From Candidatus Brocadiia bacterium (GTDB taxonomy: Bacteria > Planctomycetota > Brocadiia > CAIUPP01), in contig JBEKCB010000034.1 in NCBI GenBank assembly GCA_050015075.1, positions 1 to 58,728 on the forward strand: a stretch of DNA of 58,728 nucleotides, in the 5' to 3' direction. This document shows, piece by piece, positions 1-10,187 of this stretch; the first letter of the stretch is position 1; the number at the start of each line of letters is the position of its first letter. The notes below the pieces were generated by a model. It had not been told where the DNA came from, ran no database searches, and worked only from the letters and a program-made list of their open reading frames with translations. A program made the translations under genes and the position numbers.

Positions 1-393
1 AAAAAGCGCGGGCTGATAGACGGTCAGGACGCGCCGGCGCTTTTTGGCCTCGCGGATGACGGCCGCCGCTTCGCGCGCGTCGCGCGTCATGGGCTTTTCC
101 ATGATGACGTGCAGTCCGCGCCGCAGCGCCGCCACCGCCATCGGTTTGTGGAGATGCGTGGGAGTGGCGATGACGACGGCGTCGAGGCCGGGCTGCTCGA
201 TCATCTGCGCGTAATCGGCGAAGGCGCGGCATTTCAGCTCGCGTTCCGCCTCCGCGCGCCGGTCGGCCTCCATGTCGCACGCGGCGACGAGCCGGAAATC
301 GGGGTGCTTGACCAGCGCGCGCGCGTGCTGCTGCCAGCCGATCCGGCCGAGTCCCGCCAGGGCGATGTGCAACGGCTTCTTGTTCTTTTTCAT
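1..393 (-). CDS. Gfo/Idh/MocA-family oxidoreductase, partial (runs off the window start)
   Basis: Not in the ORF track; translated by hand as MKKNKKPLHIALAGLGRIGWQQH...DAVVIATPTHLH...GLHVIMEKPM. It has the Rossmann GxGxxG and EKP motifs, with a GGAG RBS upstream. Confidence 0.85.
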   Translation of the reverse strand, partial: MKKNKKPLHIALAGLGRIGWQQHARALVKHPDFRLVAACDMEADRRAEAERELKCRAFADYAQMIEQPGLDAVVIATPTHLHKPMAVAALRRGLHVIMEKPMTRDAREAAAVIREAKKRRRVLTVYQPALF

Positions 394-478
394 CGCGTTC
401 ACTCCACTTTCTCTGAAGGGAAAAGCGCGGTTGCGCCGCGAGCAGCCGGCCACTGTATACCACCGCGCGGTGCGAGCG

Positions 479-1777
479 TCAAGGGTTCTCCGCGGTGACC
501 TTTCGCCTGTGGACTTGCGTCATTCCCTTCGGCGGCCAGGAGCGCCGGTACTGCTGCGTGCCGAAGCGATCGAGATCGTCCGCCAGGATGAACACGCCGC
601 CGTCATGCCAGGCGTTCCCTCGGGCGAGCCAGTCGGCGATGCCGCGCTGAAGGCTGGTGTCGCGCGGCGCCGTCGCGAGACTGAATTCCTCCTGCAGGAA
701 GACGAACCACAGGCTCTCGACGCCCCAGGGCACGACGGGATACAGGTAGAATTCGCGCAGGCAGCGCACGAGGTTCGAGGAGGGCGGCAGAATTTCCTCG
801 AGGTGCGGGCTGAACATCCACGAGCGGCAGGCGACCGCCGCCGGCGCCTGGCCGGGAAAATGCCGGCGGAAGAACTCCACCGCGCGCCGCATGGACCCGG
901 CGCACTCGTCGAGCGAGAACCGGTCGCCTGCGGGGATGTGCATCTGGAGCACCGGGTCGCCGCGCGCCAGGACGCGCTGCCAGTCGGCGAGCGGCAGCTC
1001 CACTTTCCGATGCTCGGCGACGCCGGAGGGCGAGATGGGATACCCGGTCACCGCGGAGTCGGCGATGACGAGCGTGGATTTCCACGCCGGCGGCGTCTCG
1101 GCCGATTCGGCGTTCGCCACGTATCCCTGCCGGTCGAACGCGATTCCCTCTTCGGCCAATGCAACCACGGCGCCCGACCGGCGGTGGCGGAAAACCAGCA
1201 CCGGCGCGGTGCTGGGCCGCGCCCAATACTCGAGCCGGCCGAAGCGGAAATAGAGGTTCTCCCGGATATAGTTCCGCAGCCATCCGATCTGCCGCGCGAA
1301 CAGTCCCAGCCGCCCGCGGTTCGCGCGCGCGTAGTAAACGCTCATGGAGTGCACCTGCCGGCACGTCTCCCGCGTGACCTCTTCGGGCACGCCGATCGAG
1401 CGGTGATACTCGCGCATCAGCGGCATCATGCCCAGGGCGATGAGCAGGTAGAAGACGCCGCCGGCGTCGCCGAGGGCCGTCTCCAGCTTGGGCCATCCCG
1501 CGAAGGATGGATCCGCGCCGAAATACGCCCGCCGGTAGCCGTGCCAGGCAAGTCGCAGAAGAGCCGGGTCCTCCGCAATCCGCCGCGCCGCGTCTTCCAG
1601 GGCAGGCTCGACGGATTTGCTGAAGCCGCTCCACTCGCGGCAGGAACTGAATTCGGCGGGAGTCAGGAACGAGGGCCGGCCCGCCGGCAGCAGGCTCATG
1701 GACTCGTCCCAGGCCGGCCGGACCGCTTCAAGGGAGGCCATTTCCTGGAGCGCGGATAGGACTTTTTCAAGCTTCAC
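479..1777 (-). CDS. Acyltransferase-domain protein (N-terminal acyltransferase domain plus GNAT-like C-terminal domain)
   Basis: Motifs FRFGRLEY, LQMHIPAG and CRSWMFSP..LPPSSN are typical of this family; GTG start with an AGGAG RBS. Confidence 0.65.
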   Translation of the reverse strand: MKLEKVLSALQEMASLEAVRPAWDESMSLLPAGRPSFLTPAEFSSCREWSGFSKSVEPALEDAARRIAEDPALLRLAWHGYRRAYFGADPSFAGWPKLETALGDAGGVFYLLIALGMMPLMREYHRSIGVPEEVTRETCRQVHSMSVYYARANRGRLGLFARQIGWLRNYIRENLYFRFGRLEYWARPSTAPVLVFRHRRSGAVVALAEEGIAFDRQGYVANAESAETPPAWKSTLVIADSAVTGYPISPSGVAEHRKVELPLADWQRVLARGDPVLQMHIPAGDRFSLDECAGSMRRAVEFFRRHFPGQAPAAVACRSWMFSPHLEEILPPSSNLVRCLREFYLYPVVPWGVESLWFVFLQEEFSLATAPRDTSLQRGIADWLARGNAWHDGGVFILADDLDRFGTQQYRRSWPPKGMTQVHRRKVTAENP

Positions 1778-1868
1778 GTCTCTTCTCCTGACAGCGGGCG
1801 GGCATCAAGCAGCGCATTGTGACGAGTGAGGTCACGCCCGTCAAGCAGCGCTCTCGATTTGCCGATCC

Positions 1869-1897
1869 TTGACACGCACTTCGAGGCGGCATAGGAT
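1869..1897 (+). promoter_or_regulatory. Sigma70-like promoter TTGACA-N17-TAGGAT
   Basis: Consensus -35 box, 17-nt spacer and near-consensus -10 box, ending 8 nt before the ATG at 1906. Confidence 0.55.
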
Positions 1898-1905
1898 GCT
1901 GCACC

Positions 1906-3042
1906 ATGCAGACCGACCTTGAACGTTTCATAGACTGCATGGAGTATCGCTCGTCCGACCGGCGGCCGAACCATGAACTGGGCGTGTGGCCGCAGACCCG
2001 GCAACGGTGGAATGCGGAAGCGCCCGGCGCGGTCGGCGAATTCAATTGGAACTGGTTCTACAACGAACCCGCGCTGGGGCTCGATCGGCGCGACTACATC
2101 CGCGTCAACTACGGGTTCATCCCGTCATTCGCCCGCAAAGTCCTGGAGGAAACGCCGGAATACGAAGTCATCCGGAACGCCAACGGCATCGTGACGAAGG
2201 CCTTGAAGGCCGGCACGGTCGGCGACGTGCGCATGTGCATGGACCAGTACCTTTCCTTTCCCGTCGCCCAGCCGGAGGATTTCCCGGCGGTGAAGGCGCG
2301 CCTGGTCGCCGGCGTCCCCGAGCGCCGGCCGCCGGATCTCGCCCGGAAGCTCGCCGCCTGGCGCCGGCGGGAATGTCCGCTGGTGCTCGGAGAGAACTGC
2401 GCCGCCAACGGCTTCTACTGGCGCGCCCGCGAGTTCCTGGGCACCGAAGCGCTCTCTTATGCCTGGTACGATCACCCCGGCCTCATGCACGAGATGATGG
2501 CCTTCTACGCCGACTTCATCATCGAGACCAGCCGGCCGGTGCTGGAAAAGATCGCCCCCGATTACTTCGTCTTCAACGAAGACCTTTCGATGAAGAACGG
2601 CCCGCTCCTGAGCCCGGAGACTTTCCGAACGTTCATCTTCCCGCACCTCAAGCGGGTAGTCGCCTTCCTGCGCAGCCACGGCACCCGGTACATTGCCGTG
2701 GATTCCGACGGCGACCCGACGGCGATCGTGGCCCTGTGGATGGATGCCGGCGTGGACACCCTCTGGCCGATCGAGCGGGCGTCGGGGATCAGCCCAATGG
2801 CGCTGCGGAAGCGCTTCGGCAAGGGGCTGCGACTCTGGGGCGGCGTGGACAAGCGCGTCCTGGCGCAAGGCCCCGCAGCGATCCGCGCGCACCTGCGCGA
2901 GTTCATTCCGCTGATCGAAGAAGGCGGCTTCATCCCGACCGTAGATCACACCGTGCCGCCGGATGTCTCCTGGGAGAATTTCCGCTACTATATGGACTTG
3001 AAACGGCGGCTGCTTGCGGGTGCGTTCACGGCGCTGGGATAG
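1906..3042 (+). CDS. Uroporphyrinogen decarboxylase (URO-D/CIMS-like) family protein
   Basis: Motifs NEDLSMKNGPLLSP, VDSDGD, LWGGVDKR and GGFIPTVDHTVPPDVSWENF. Confidence 0.8.
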   Translation: MQTDLERFIDCMEYRSSDRRPNHELGVWPQTRQRWNAEAPGAVGEFNWNWFYNEPALGLDRRDYIRVNYGFIPSFARKVLEETPEYEVIRNANGIVTKALKAGTVGDVRMCMDQYLSFPVAQPEDFPAVKARLVAGVPERRPPDLARKLAAWRRRECPLVLGENCAANGFYWRAREFLGTEALSYAWYDHPGLMHEMMAFYADFIIETSRPVLEKIAPDYFVFNEDLSMKNGPLLSPETFRTFIFPHLKRVVAFLRSHGTRYIAVDSDGDPTAIVALWMDAGVDTLWPIERASGISPMALRKRFGKGLRLWGGVDKRVLAQGPAAIRAHLREFIPLIEEGGFIPTVDHTVPPDVSWENFRYYMDLKRRLLAGAFTALG

Positions 3043-3063
3043 GCCGCCGTGAAAGTGCGGCGG

Positions 3064-5361
3064 CTATTGCTTCGTATCGCCCAGATAGAACTCGAGCGCC
3101 GCGACCGATTTCAGAAAATGCTCCCACGAGTGCCGTTCGCTGACAAGACTCCTGGCCCGCTCGGCCTTCATGGCAGCCTCTTCCGGTCTGCTCATCAGTT
3201 GCAGGATGGCGGCGACGAACTTGGGAACGTCGTCGTAAGGTTCAATAAGATATCCCGTCTCTCTGTTGATCAACTCGGGAACGCCGCCGACGCTCGACGC
3301 GACAACCGGCAAGCCGCATGCCGCTGCCGCCAGCAGCACGTTGGGCAGGCCGTCCCATTGTGAAGTGTACAGAAGCAGGTCAAAATCCTGCGTCGGCAAC
3401 GACGAGAATCCATCAAAAACGCCATGGAGAAGAACGTTGCGGCATTTGCGTAACTCCCGAAGGTCCCGGTCGTGTGAATCCAGCAAGGGAGAGCCATAAA
3501 CGTGAAACTCAAGTTGCGGCAGCGCTTGTGCAATTGCACGCAAAAGGTCGGGCCGTTTTTGGCGGTCCAGCCTTCCAGCCCAAAGGACTTTTCCGGAGTT
3601 TCCCGAAGACAGTGAACGTCTCCTGCGCGTTTCAGGTGTCGGGGCGTATATGGTCCTGAAGAGTTTCTCAGGGAACCCATAAATGTCGCACAGAGTTCGC
3701 GGATAACTGTGGTTGTCTGAAAGGACGCAGCTCAGGTGAGAATACGCATCACAGAGGAAACCGTGGGCATACCCAAATGGTTTCAACTCCGCCGTGTAGT
3801 CCTCGCAAAACAGCGAGGCGAACAAGCGCGAGGACTCCGAGAAGCACCGTCCATGTGCGGCGTATATTGACCATCCCAAGTGGGAATTTATGTTGTGTAT
3901 GACCGCGGGCTCAAGCTGCAGAAGCAGCCGCAACAGGACAAATCGTTGTTCGTCAAACGTGAGGTGTCGCGCCGCTTTTCCAAATTCGAGCGCCCCGACG
4001 TTCTCCGGCAATTTGTGGAGCCACGGGGAATCGGTGTTCTCCGTTGTAATGACGAGGACATTCTTGCGGTATTCATCCACCAGCGCACGAATGAAATCCA
4101 GAGCTTCAATGTCGGCCCCGCCGCGTTGCAGCCATGGCAGCAGAAACACGTGCGAGTAACGGTTCGCACCGAGGACTTTCATCGCGCCCGCGAAAATCGG
4201 GACCTCCTTGCGGAGCGGGATAACGTTTTTGTAATAGGGAACGGTGCCGAGAAATGCCTGATCTGGAAAAAGCCCAGGCTCGATTTCCGATAATGCCTTG
4301 AGTTCTTCGATCAGCCAGTCGGGGGCGGACCAGCGGGACGGCTGCTGCCACATTCCTAAGGAACCCGAGTTGGGCTCCAGCATTTCCAGGAGCAACAGCT
4401 TGACTCTATGGATCAAACTCAAACACCGCGCTTGCAGCGGCGAAGGGAGGAGCAGTATCAGCGGGCGGACCAGAGTGTAATAGAGGGCCTTAACACAGGA
4501 ACGCGCCGCGAGCTTAATGTTGTGCGCACATGCCCTGGTCAGACGAAGCAGGCTGCTGTGCAGCGTTTCGGTTGAGGCATGAGTCTGTGGAGAAATGTTG
4601 CCTTCCGGCGACACGGCGGGCCGCTGCGCAACGTCAGCCTCGTGATGCGGATATAAAACATTGATCTGGCTGAAGAGCGGACTTCGCGGGATTACGGCGG
4701 CCGCCGCATCGTGTTCAGACCAACGGCTGCCGGCGGTTTTCATCCGAGTGAAGTGAGCGGTACACGGCACCACCTCATGCTTGACTCCATCCGCCACCAC
4801 CAGCGTATTCCAATGCCAGTCTTCATATCCAAACCCATTCCTGGCCCTCGCAGCCACGTAGGGTATTCGGACACATGTCTCACGCCGGAGGAACGCCGCA
4901 GAATTCCAATAGTTGAAGCACAGCAGGTTGCCGACGTGGAACTTAGGTGAATCCTGACTCAGGTGGCGCCAGCAGCGCTGAATCCTTCCAAATGCAAGCA
5001 CCACCTCCGGATGCAGGACAACCTCGCGCGAAGTCGCCTCCATCTGCAGATAGGCGTTATAAAGCCAATTCTCGGAAATGAAGTCGTCGCCGTCCACAAA
5101 TGCCACATATTCGCCCGACGCCCGCTGCACACCTGCGTTCCGCGCCAACCCGGGATCGCCAAATGACGTTTCGACGACCAAGTTAGGCGCGGACTTCAGA
5201 ACGATGTCCCGTGTCAAGCTCGCAGCATTGTCGAGGACACAGACTCTTTCCACATGGAGGGATTTCTTTTCGCAGTAATCCGTCGCGCGGCCTATGCTGC
5301 GCAGCGTTCGATGGGCAATCAAGTCTTCTGCATGAAACAGGATGATGCACGAAATATCCAC
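3064..5361 (-). CDS. Bifunctional glycosyltransferase (N-terminal GT2 plus C-terminal GT4)
   Basis: GT2 motif ARNAGVQRASGEYVAFVDGDD; GT4 motifs WAGRLDRQKRP and SQWDGLPNVLL..GLPVVASSVGG. GTG start at 5361 chosen for its GGAG RBS and because a promoter overlaps the 5433 ATG. Confidence 0.8.
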   Translation of the reverse strand: MDISCIILFHAEDLIAHRTLRSIGRATDYCEKKSLHVERVCVLDNAASLTRDIVLKSAPNLVVETSFGDPGLARNAGVQRASGEYVAFVDGDDFISENWLYNAYLQMEATSREVVLHPEVVLAFGRIQRCWRHLSQDSPKFHVGNLLCFNYWNSAAFLRRETCVRIPYVAARARNGFGYEDWHWNTLVVADGVKHEVVPCTAHFTRMKTAGSRWSEHDAAAAVIPRSPLFSQINVLYPHHEADVAQRPAVSPEGNISPQTHASTETLHSSLLRLTRACAHNIKLAARSCVKALYYTLVRPLILLLPSPLQARCLSLIHRVKLLLLEMLEPNSGSLGMWQQPSRWSAPDWLIEELKALSEIEPGLFPDQAFLGTVPYYKNVIPLRKEVPIFAGAMKVLGANRYSHVFLLPWLQRGGADIEALDFIRALVDEYRKNVLVITTENTDSPWLHKLPENVGALEFGKAARHLTFDEQRFVLLRLLLQLEPAVIHNINSHLGWSIYAAHGRCFSESSRLFASLFCEDYTAELKPFGYAHGFLCDAYSHLSCVLSDNHSYPRTLCDIYGFPEKLFRTIYAPTPETRRRRSLSSGNSGKVLWAGRLDRQKRPDLLRAIAQALPQLEFHVYGSPLLDSHDRDLRELRKCRNVLLHGVFDGFSSLPTQDFDLLLYTSQWDGLPNVLLAAAACGLPVVASSVGGVPELINRETGYLIEPYDDVPKFVAAILQLMSRPEEAAMKAERARSLVSERHSWEHFLKSVAALEFYLGDTKQ

Positions 5362-5431
5362 TGCGGACTCCGTTGAGCCGGGATTTGCCAAATGGCCCGC
5401 GTCGAGAAATCGGCCGCCGATCAAACGGCAC

Positions 5432-5461
5432 ATGCTAACGACAGAAGTCGCCCCGTGTCAA
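5432..5461 (-). promoter_or_regulatory. Sigma70-like promoter TTGACA-N18-TAGCAT for the glycosyltransferase
   Basis: Read on the minus strand between the cls stop and the glycosyltransferase start. Confidence 0.45.
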
Positions 5462-5477
5462 GGAATTGTTCGGCGGA

Positions 5478-6905
5478 TCAAAGGAGCGGGCTGAAGAGCT
5501 TTGCCATGTTCTGGCCCAAGCGGCGGACCATCGGGCGACGCTTCCAGGCCTGGGGATCGAGCGGTACAGAATCCCGCAGGTACTTGTCTTGCACTTCGCG
5601 CAACCTGTCGGTCATCGCCCGGCCGTAGCAGATCAGGTTCACCTCGAAGTCCAGCGTGAAGGAACGGATATCGAAATTACCCGTGCCGATGAGGGCGAGG
5701 GCGTGGTCTATACTCATTGTCTTGGAGTGAAGCAGCCCCGGCTTGTAGAGGTGCACGTTGACTCCGACAGCGATGAGGTCGTCGTAGTACGCTCGCGAGG
5801 CGGCGCCAATCAGGATCTGATGGCAGTGCCCGGGGACAATCAGGTCCACCTTCACTCCGCGCCGCACGGCGACCTCCAGCGCTTGCATGAACGGCTCGTC
5901 GGGCACGAAATAGGGGGTGGTCAGAACAACCCGTTCGTGGGCATCGTAGAGCGCCGCCACCAGCAGGCGCTGGTAATTGTCGGTGGGGTAGTTCGGACCG
6001 CTGGGCAACGTCTGGACGAGGCCCGGTCCCTTGCCGGCTGGCTTCGGATAGACGTCCTCGTCGTCCAGAACCTCGCGCGTCTCGAAGTGCCAGTCGGAAA
6101 GAAACACGCCCTGAAGCTCCAGCACGGTCGGGCCGGCCAGCCGCACCATCAGGTCCGTATAGGCCACACCGCGATGTCCGTAATCGGCATTGACGATGTT
6201 CTGCGAGCCGGTGTATCCGAGCCGGCCGTCAATCACCACCAGTTTCCTATGGTTCCTCAAGTCAATCCTGGCCATCCTGCGCCGGAAGAGGCCGACGGGC
6301 ATCGCCGCGCGCACCAGAATGCCATTGTCCTTCATCGTGCGGCCCAGGTTCCGCAACATGCCATGCGAGCCCACCGCGTCCACAAGCACCCGGCAGGTCA
6401 CGCCGCGACGGACCGCGCGGGCCAGCGCATCGGCTACGCGACGGCCGGTCGCGTCGTCGGCAAAAATGTAGAAAAGCATGTGGACGTGGCGCCGGGCGGC
6501 GTCAATATCGGCGATGATCCGGGCGATGACTTCGTCGGGTTCCGTGAGCAGTTCGAAATCGTTGCCGCCGAGGATCGGGAAATCGCCGAGGCTCTTGGCG
6601 AGGGCAACCGTGGAACTCAATTCCTTGCCGAGTTCCGCGCCGGCGATATGCGGACGCGCCGCAGACTGACGCCGGGCGGACTGGATCGTCTGGAGCAATT
6701 CCCGGTGACGCTGAATGCGGCGGCGCGGTATCCGGTAGTCGCCGATCAGAAAGAAAAGGATCAGCCCTGGAATCGGGAGAAAGAAGATAATCGCCAGCCA
6801 CGCCAGCGCCGAAACCGGCTTGCGGTGATACGGCACGACCACCAGCATCACCAGCCGGATTCCCCACTCGACGATCTCGTACGGCAGTATCAGATAGGGC
6901 ATCAT
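5478..6905 (-). CDS. cls: Cardiolipin synthase
   Basis: Two N-terminal TM helices and two PLD HKD motifs (NHRKLVVIDG, LHSKTMSID), plus TPYFVP. Confidence 0.9.
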   Translation of the reverse strand: MMPYLILPYEIVEWGIRLVMLVVVPYHRKPVSALAWLAIIFFLPIPGLILFFLIGDYRIPRRRIQRHRELLQTIQSARRQSAARPHIAGAELGKELSSTVALAKSLGDFPILGGNDFELLTEPDEVIARIIADIDAARRHVHMLFYIFADDATGRRVADALARAVRRGVTCRVLVDAVGSHGMLRNLGRTMKDNGILVRAAMPVGLFRRRMARIDLRNHRKLVVIDGRLGYTGSQNIVNADYGHRGVAYTDLMVRLAGPTVLELQGVFLSDWHFETREVLDDEDVYPKPAGKGPGLVQTLPSGPNYPTDNYQRLLVAALYDAHERVVLTTPYFVPDEPFMQALEVAVRRGVKVDLIVPGHCHQILIGAASRAYYDDLIAVGVNVHLYKPGLLHSKTMSIDHALALIGTGNFDIRSFTLDFEVNLICYGRAMTDRLREVQDKYLRDSVPLDPQAWKRRPMVRRLGQNMAKLFSPLL

Positions 6906-7136
6906 GTTCCGCAGGCAGCCATGGCCGGCGCGGCTTTAGTGCAGCATTTCGCAAGGCCGACTGGACTTGCGAAATGCCGCACTTCCACAGGGGCTTCACC
7001 CCTATGGCGCTCCAAGACGCTCCTTCCCGTCGCGTCTTTCCGCTGTAACCCCTTGGAGGGCCTTCCGCGGCCCTCCAAACCTCCCGCGACGTACAGCGCA
7101 TTTCAGAAGTCCAGACGGACTTCTGAAATGCTGTGC

Positions 7137-7934
7137 TTATCGAGCCCGGACGACTTCGATGTCCGCGAGCACCGCAAAGTGGTCCGACACCTTGTCCGGC
7201 AGGACCTGGTATCGCTTCACCCGCAGTTGCGGAGAAACCAGGATCCAGTCCAGGCGCCACTTTTTCCTGCCGAGGTGGAAAGTGGTCAGCTCGCTGGAGT
7301 CGGGCGCTTGAGGTTGCAGGTTCAGCTCGTAGGCGAGCCGTCTGAGCGAATCGTCTTCGCCGCCCCACTGGCAGTTCAAATCGCCCAGGACGACCAGCGG
7401 CACTTTTCTCCCGCCCAGGTGCTCCACCATGGCCGCGACCTGTCTGTGGCGCGCTTTCCGCCGCAGACACGCGAGGTGGACTGAAACGATGTCCACTTCC
7501 AAATGCGGAGCGCCCGCCGGCGAGATCGTGGCCATAACAAAGCCCTTGGTGAGGCTCGGAAATCGGTGGTCGAATGTCACGGATTTCAGATTCTTGAGCG
7601 GGAGTCTGGAAAGAATCGCCGTGCCGTAGGCGATGCGCCGCATCTTTCCGATGGACACGTGCTCGCCCAGGAAATAGTGCGCATAGTCGCCGAGCCCGGC
7701 GAGCCGTTCGACGTGGTCAAAATTCCCGCTCAGACACGAGTTCCCGTCAACTTCCTGAAGCCCCACCACGTCGGGCCGTTCCCGCTTGAGCACGGCGGCG
7801 ATCTCGGAGAGATGCTTCTCGACGGTCCGGCGCCTGAAACACGGGTAGTTCCTCAGCTTGCGCCCGTGCGCGGCATTGAGGGTGATGACGCGAAACGAGG
7901 GCAAGCTCGTTTTATGCGCCTCGTGCTTCACCAT
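7137..7934 (-). CDS. Endonuclease/exonuclease/phosphatase family protein
   Basis: Motifs ITLN, PDVVGLQEVD, SVHL, VLGDLN, LDWILVS and SDH. Confidence 0.85.
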   Translation of the reverse strand: MVKHEAHKTSLPSFRVITLNAAHGRKLRNYPCFRRRTVEKHLSEIAAVLKRERPDVVGLQEVDGNSCLSGNFDHVERLAGLGDYAHYFLGEHVSIGKMRRIAYGTAILSRLPLKNLKSVTFDHRFPSLTKGFVMATISPAGAPHLEVDIVSVHLACLRRKARHRQVAAMVEHLGGRKVPLVVLGDLNCQWGGEDDSLRRLAYELNLQPQAPDSSELTTFHLGRKKWRLDWILVSPQLRVKRYQVLPDKVSDHFAVLADIEVVRAR

Positions 7935-7945
7935 GGGCTTGGCCG

Positions 7946-9013
7946 TTAGAATTGGAATCCCCGTTCCTTGAAGATCCTCACGCAGGCGTCCACAACAGCC
8001 GCGTCAAAGAGAATGCCCTTGTTCGCGGATATTTCCTTGAGGGTCGTCTCCAAGCTGGCCGCCGGCCGGTAAGGACGGGTGGAGAGCATCGTCTCGACCA
8101 CGTCGGCCACGGCGAGGATCCGCGCTTCCAGAAGGATGGCGTCTCCCTTGAGGCCTTGCGGATAGCCCGAGCCGTTCAGCCGCTCGTGATGCTGCAGCGT
8201 GGCGAGGGCGACCGGCCAGACGAAATTGATTTCCTTCAGGATGTCGTAGCCGAATTGAGGATGAGTCTTGACGATGCTGAACTCGTCGGCGCTGAGCCTT
8301 CCGGGCTTGAACAGGATTTCGGCGGGTATCGCGATCTTGCCGAGGTCGTGCATATAGCCGGTGATGCGGACTCCTTCAACCTGGTCGGCCGGCAGCCCCA
8401 TTTCGGCCGCGATGGCGCACGAAAGCACCGCCACGCGCTTCTCGTGCCCGGCGGTATAGGGATCGCGGAATTCCAGCGCGGAGGAGATCGCTTTGACCGT
8501 TCCGTCCATCATCTGCCGGAGCCGGTCGGCGCTTTCCTCCACCTGCTTCTCCGCGTGCTTGCGCTCGGTGATGTCCGTCACGGCGCCGATCCACTTGCGC
8601 GGCTTGCCCGCGGCGTCGTACACCACGCTGCCGCGGTCGAGCCAGTAGAGATAGGTCCCGTCCCTGCGCTTCACGCGGCATTCCAGGCAATAGGGCTCCT
8701 CGGACTTCAGCTTCTTCTCCACCGCCGCCAGGACGCGCTCGCGGTCTTCCGGATGGAGCCGGCTCATCCACGCTTCCATCGTCCGCGGGAACCTGTTCGG
8801 CTTGTACCCGAGGAGTTCGTCCACCTGTCCGAACCAATCCACGCGCTTGGCCAGGTCCCACTCGTAGATCAGATTCGTCGCGGACTGAGCAGCCACCCGA
8901 TAGCGCTCGTTGGCCGCGCGCTCCTGCACGAGTTCGGCATTGAGCCGCGCGATCTCGGCGGCGGGAGATTCCGCCCCCGAACGCCTTGCGGCGCGTTTGA
9001 CGTGCCTGGCCAT
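7946..9013 (-). CDS. PAS-domain HD-GYP cyclic-di-GMP phosphodiesterase
   Basis: PAS/PAC (LHPEDRERV...GAVTDITERK) followed by RDPYTAGH, HDLGK and HHERLNGSGYP. Confidence 0.9.
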   Translation of the reverse strand: MARHVKRAARRSGAESPAAEIARLNAELVQERAANERYRVAAQSATNLIYEWDLAKRVDWFGQVDELLGYKPNRFPRTMEAWMSRLHPEDRERVLAAVEKKLKSEEPYCLECRVKRRDGTYLYWLDRGSVVYDAAGKPRKWIGAVTDITERKHAEKQVEESADRLRQMMDGTVKAISSALEFRDPYTAGHEKRVAVLSCAIAAEMGLPADQVEGVRITGYMHDLGKIAIPAEILFKPGRLSADEFSIVKTHPQFGYDILKEINFVWPVALATLQHHERLNGSGYPQGLKGDAILLEARILAVADVVETMLSTRPYRPAASLETTLKEISANKGILFDAAVVDACVRIFKERGFQF

Positions 9014-9116
9014 TCGCCGGCCCCTTCGCCGTTTTCCACGGCTTCCCCAACGTGAACGGTACCGCCTTATGCTACCACAAGATACCGGTGGACGGAAACT
9101 TCAGTTGGAGATCGAG

Positions 9117-9144
9117 TTGACAGCAGCCGTTTCGAAGCTACAAT
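9117..9144 (+). promoter_or_regulatory. Sigma70-like promoter TTGACA-N16-TACAAT
   Basis: Upstream of the esterase, followed by an AAGGAG RBS. Confidence 0.5.
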
Positions 9145-9175
9145 ACCACCGCACAGCACCAGGAAGGAGTAACCG

Positions 9176-10108
9176 ATGAAAACTCGAACCGCTTTCACGA
9201 TTCTTACCGCCGGCATCGTCTCCCTTGGCCTGCACGCCACCGCGGCGCGCGGCCAGCCTGACGCAACCGATCGGATTATGGAAACCAGCAGCGCCTCGCC
9301 CGAAGGCTGCACCATCGAAAAGTTCCGCGTCCGCTCACCCGCCATGGGACGCGAGATCAAGGCTCTGGTGGTCCTGCCGCCGGAGTACAAGGCTCATCCG
9401 GAGAAGCGTTACCCCATCCTATACACGCTCCACGGCGCCGCCGCGCCCTATGACTGCTTCAGCGCGATGCTCCCGCTCCTCCAGGCGCTCAAGAACAAGC
9501 CCATGATCGTCACCTGCATGGATGGCGACGCGTGGTCGTGGTACATAGACTCGCCCGTTCCCCTGGTCGCAGGGAGAGACCCGAAGGACACCACTCGCGT
9601 CAAATCCCTCTTCACCACTTTTTTCCTCGACGAGTTCATTCCCTGCATTGATCGTCATTACCGGGTCAACCCCAGGCAGCGGATGCTGACGGGCTTTTCC
9701 ATGGGCGGCTTCGGGGTGCTGCATTATATGCTGGCCCGGCCCGGAGAATTCGTCTCCGTCAGCGCCCTCAGCGGCGCCTTCTTTCCCTTAAACCCGCCTG
9801 ATGAGGGGACGGAGAAATTCCTGTCGCCCATCCTCGGTCCTTACAAGGAGCATGCCGAACGCTACCTCGCTTTGGACCTTTACACGGGGATCAAGGACCA
9901 GGTGGCGAAAGGCGCCAAGATGCCGCCGATCTACTTGACCTGCGGGACGGAGGATCAGCTGCTGGAGTCGAACCGAGCGATGGCCAAGTTTTTGAAGGAA
10001 CAGGGAGTGGCCTGCAAGTCCGTTGAAGCCCCGGGCAAGCACGATTGGCCATTCTGGAGAGACGCCTCGGCCGGTATCATTGACTTCCACTGGCGCTCGC
10101 TGCAGTAG
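9176..10108 (+). CDS. Secreted alpha/beta-hydrolase esterase (CE1-like)
   Basis: Signal peptide; YPILYTLHG, nucleophile GFSMGG, CGTED and GKHDW. Confidence 0.85.
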   Translation: MKTRTAFTILTAGIVSLGLHATAARGQPDATDRIMETSSASPEGCTIEKFRVRSPAMGREIKALVVLPPEYKAHPEKRYPILYTLHGAAAPYDCFSAMLPLLQALKNKPMIVTCMDGDAWSWYIDSPVPLVAGRDPKDTTRVKSLFTTFFLDEFIPCIDRHYRVNPRQRMLTGFSMGGFGVLHYMLARPGEFVSVSALSGAFFPLNPPDEGTEKFLSPILGPYKEHAERYLALDLYTGIKDQVAKGAKMPPIYLTCGTEDQLLESNRAMAKFLKEQGVACKSVEAPGKHDWPFWRDASAGIIDFHWRSLQ

Positions 10109-10187
10109 ACAGTCTCTCGGATGGTTTTCGGCTTGTGGAACCGGCCCGGAAGCGCAGAGCCGTCACAATTCTTTCCGGAGACAACGC

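Noticed and set aside
272-1759. Long opposite-strand or alternate-frame ORFs (also 5466-7484, 11189-13021, 16685-18970, 35085-37016, 47263-49002, 48881-50536, 51831-53978)
   Set aside because: They shadow well-supported genes, are Arg/Ala/Pro-rich without motifs, and are expected in high-GC DNA.
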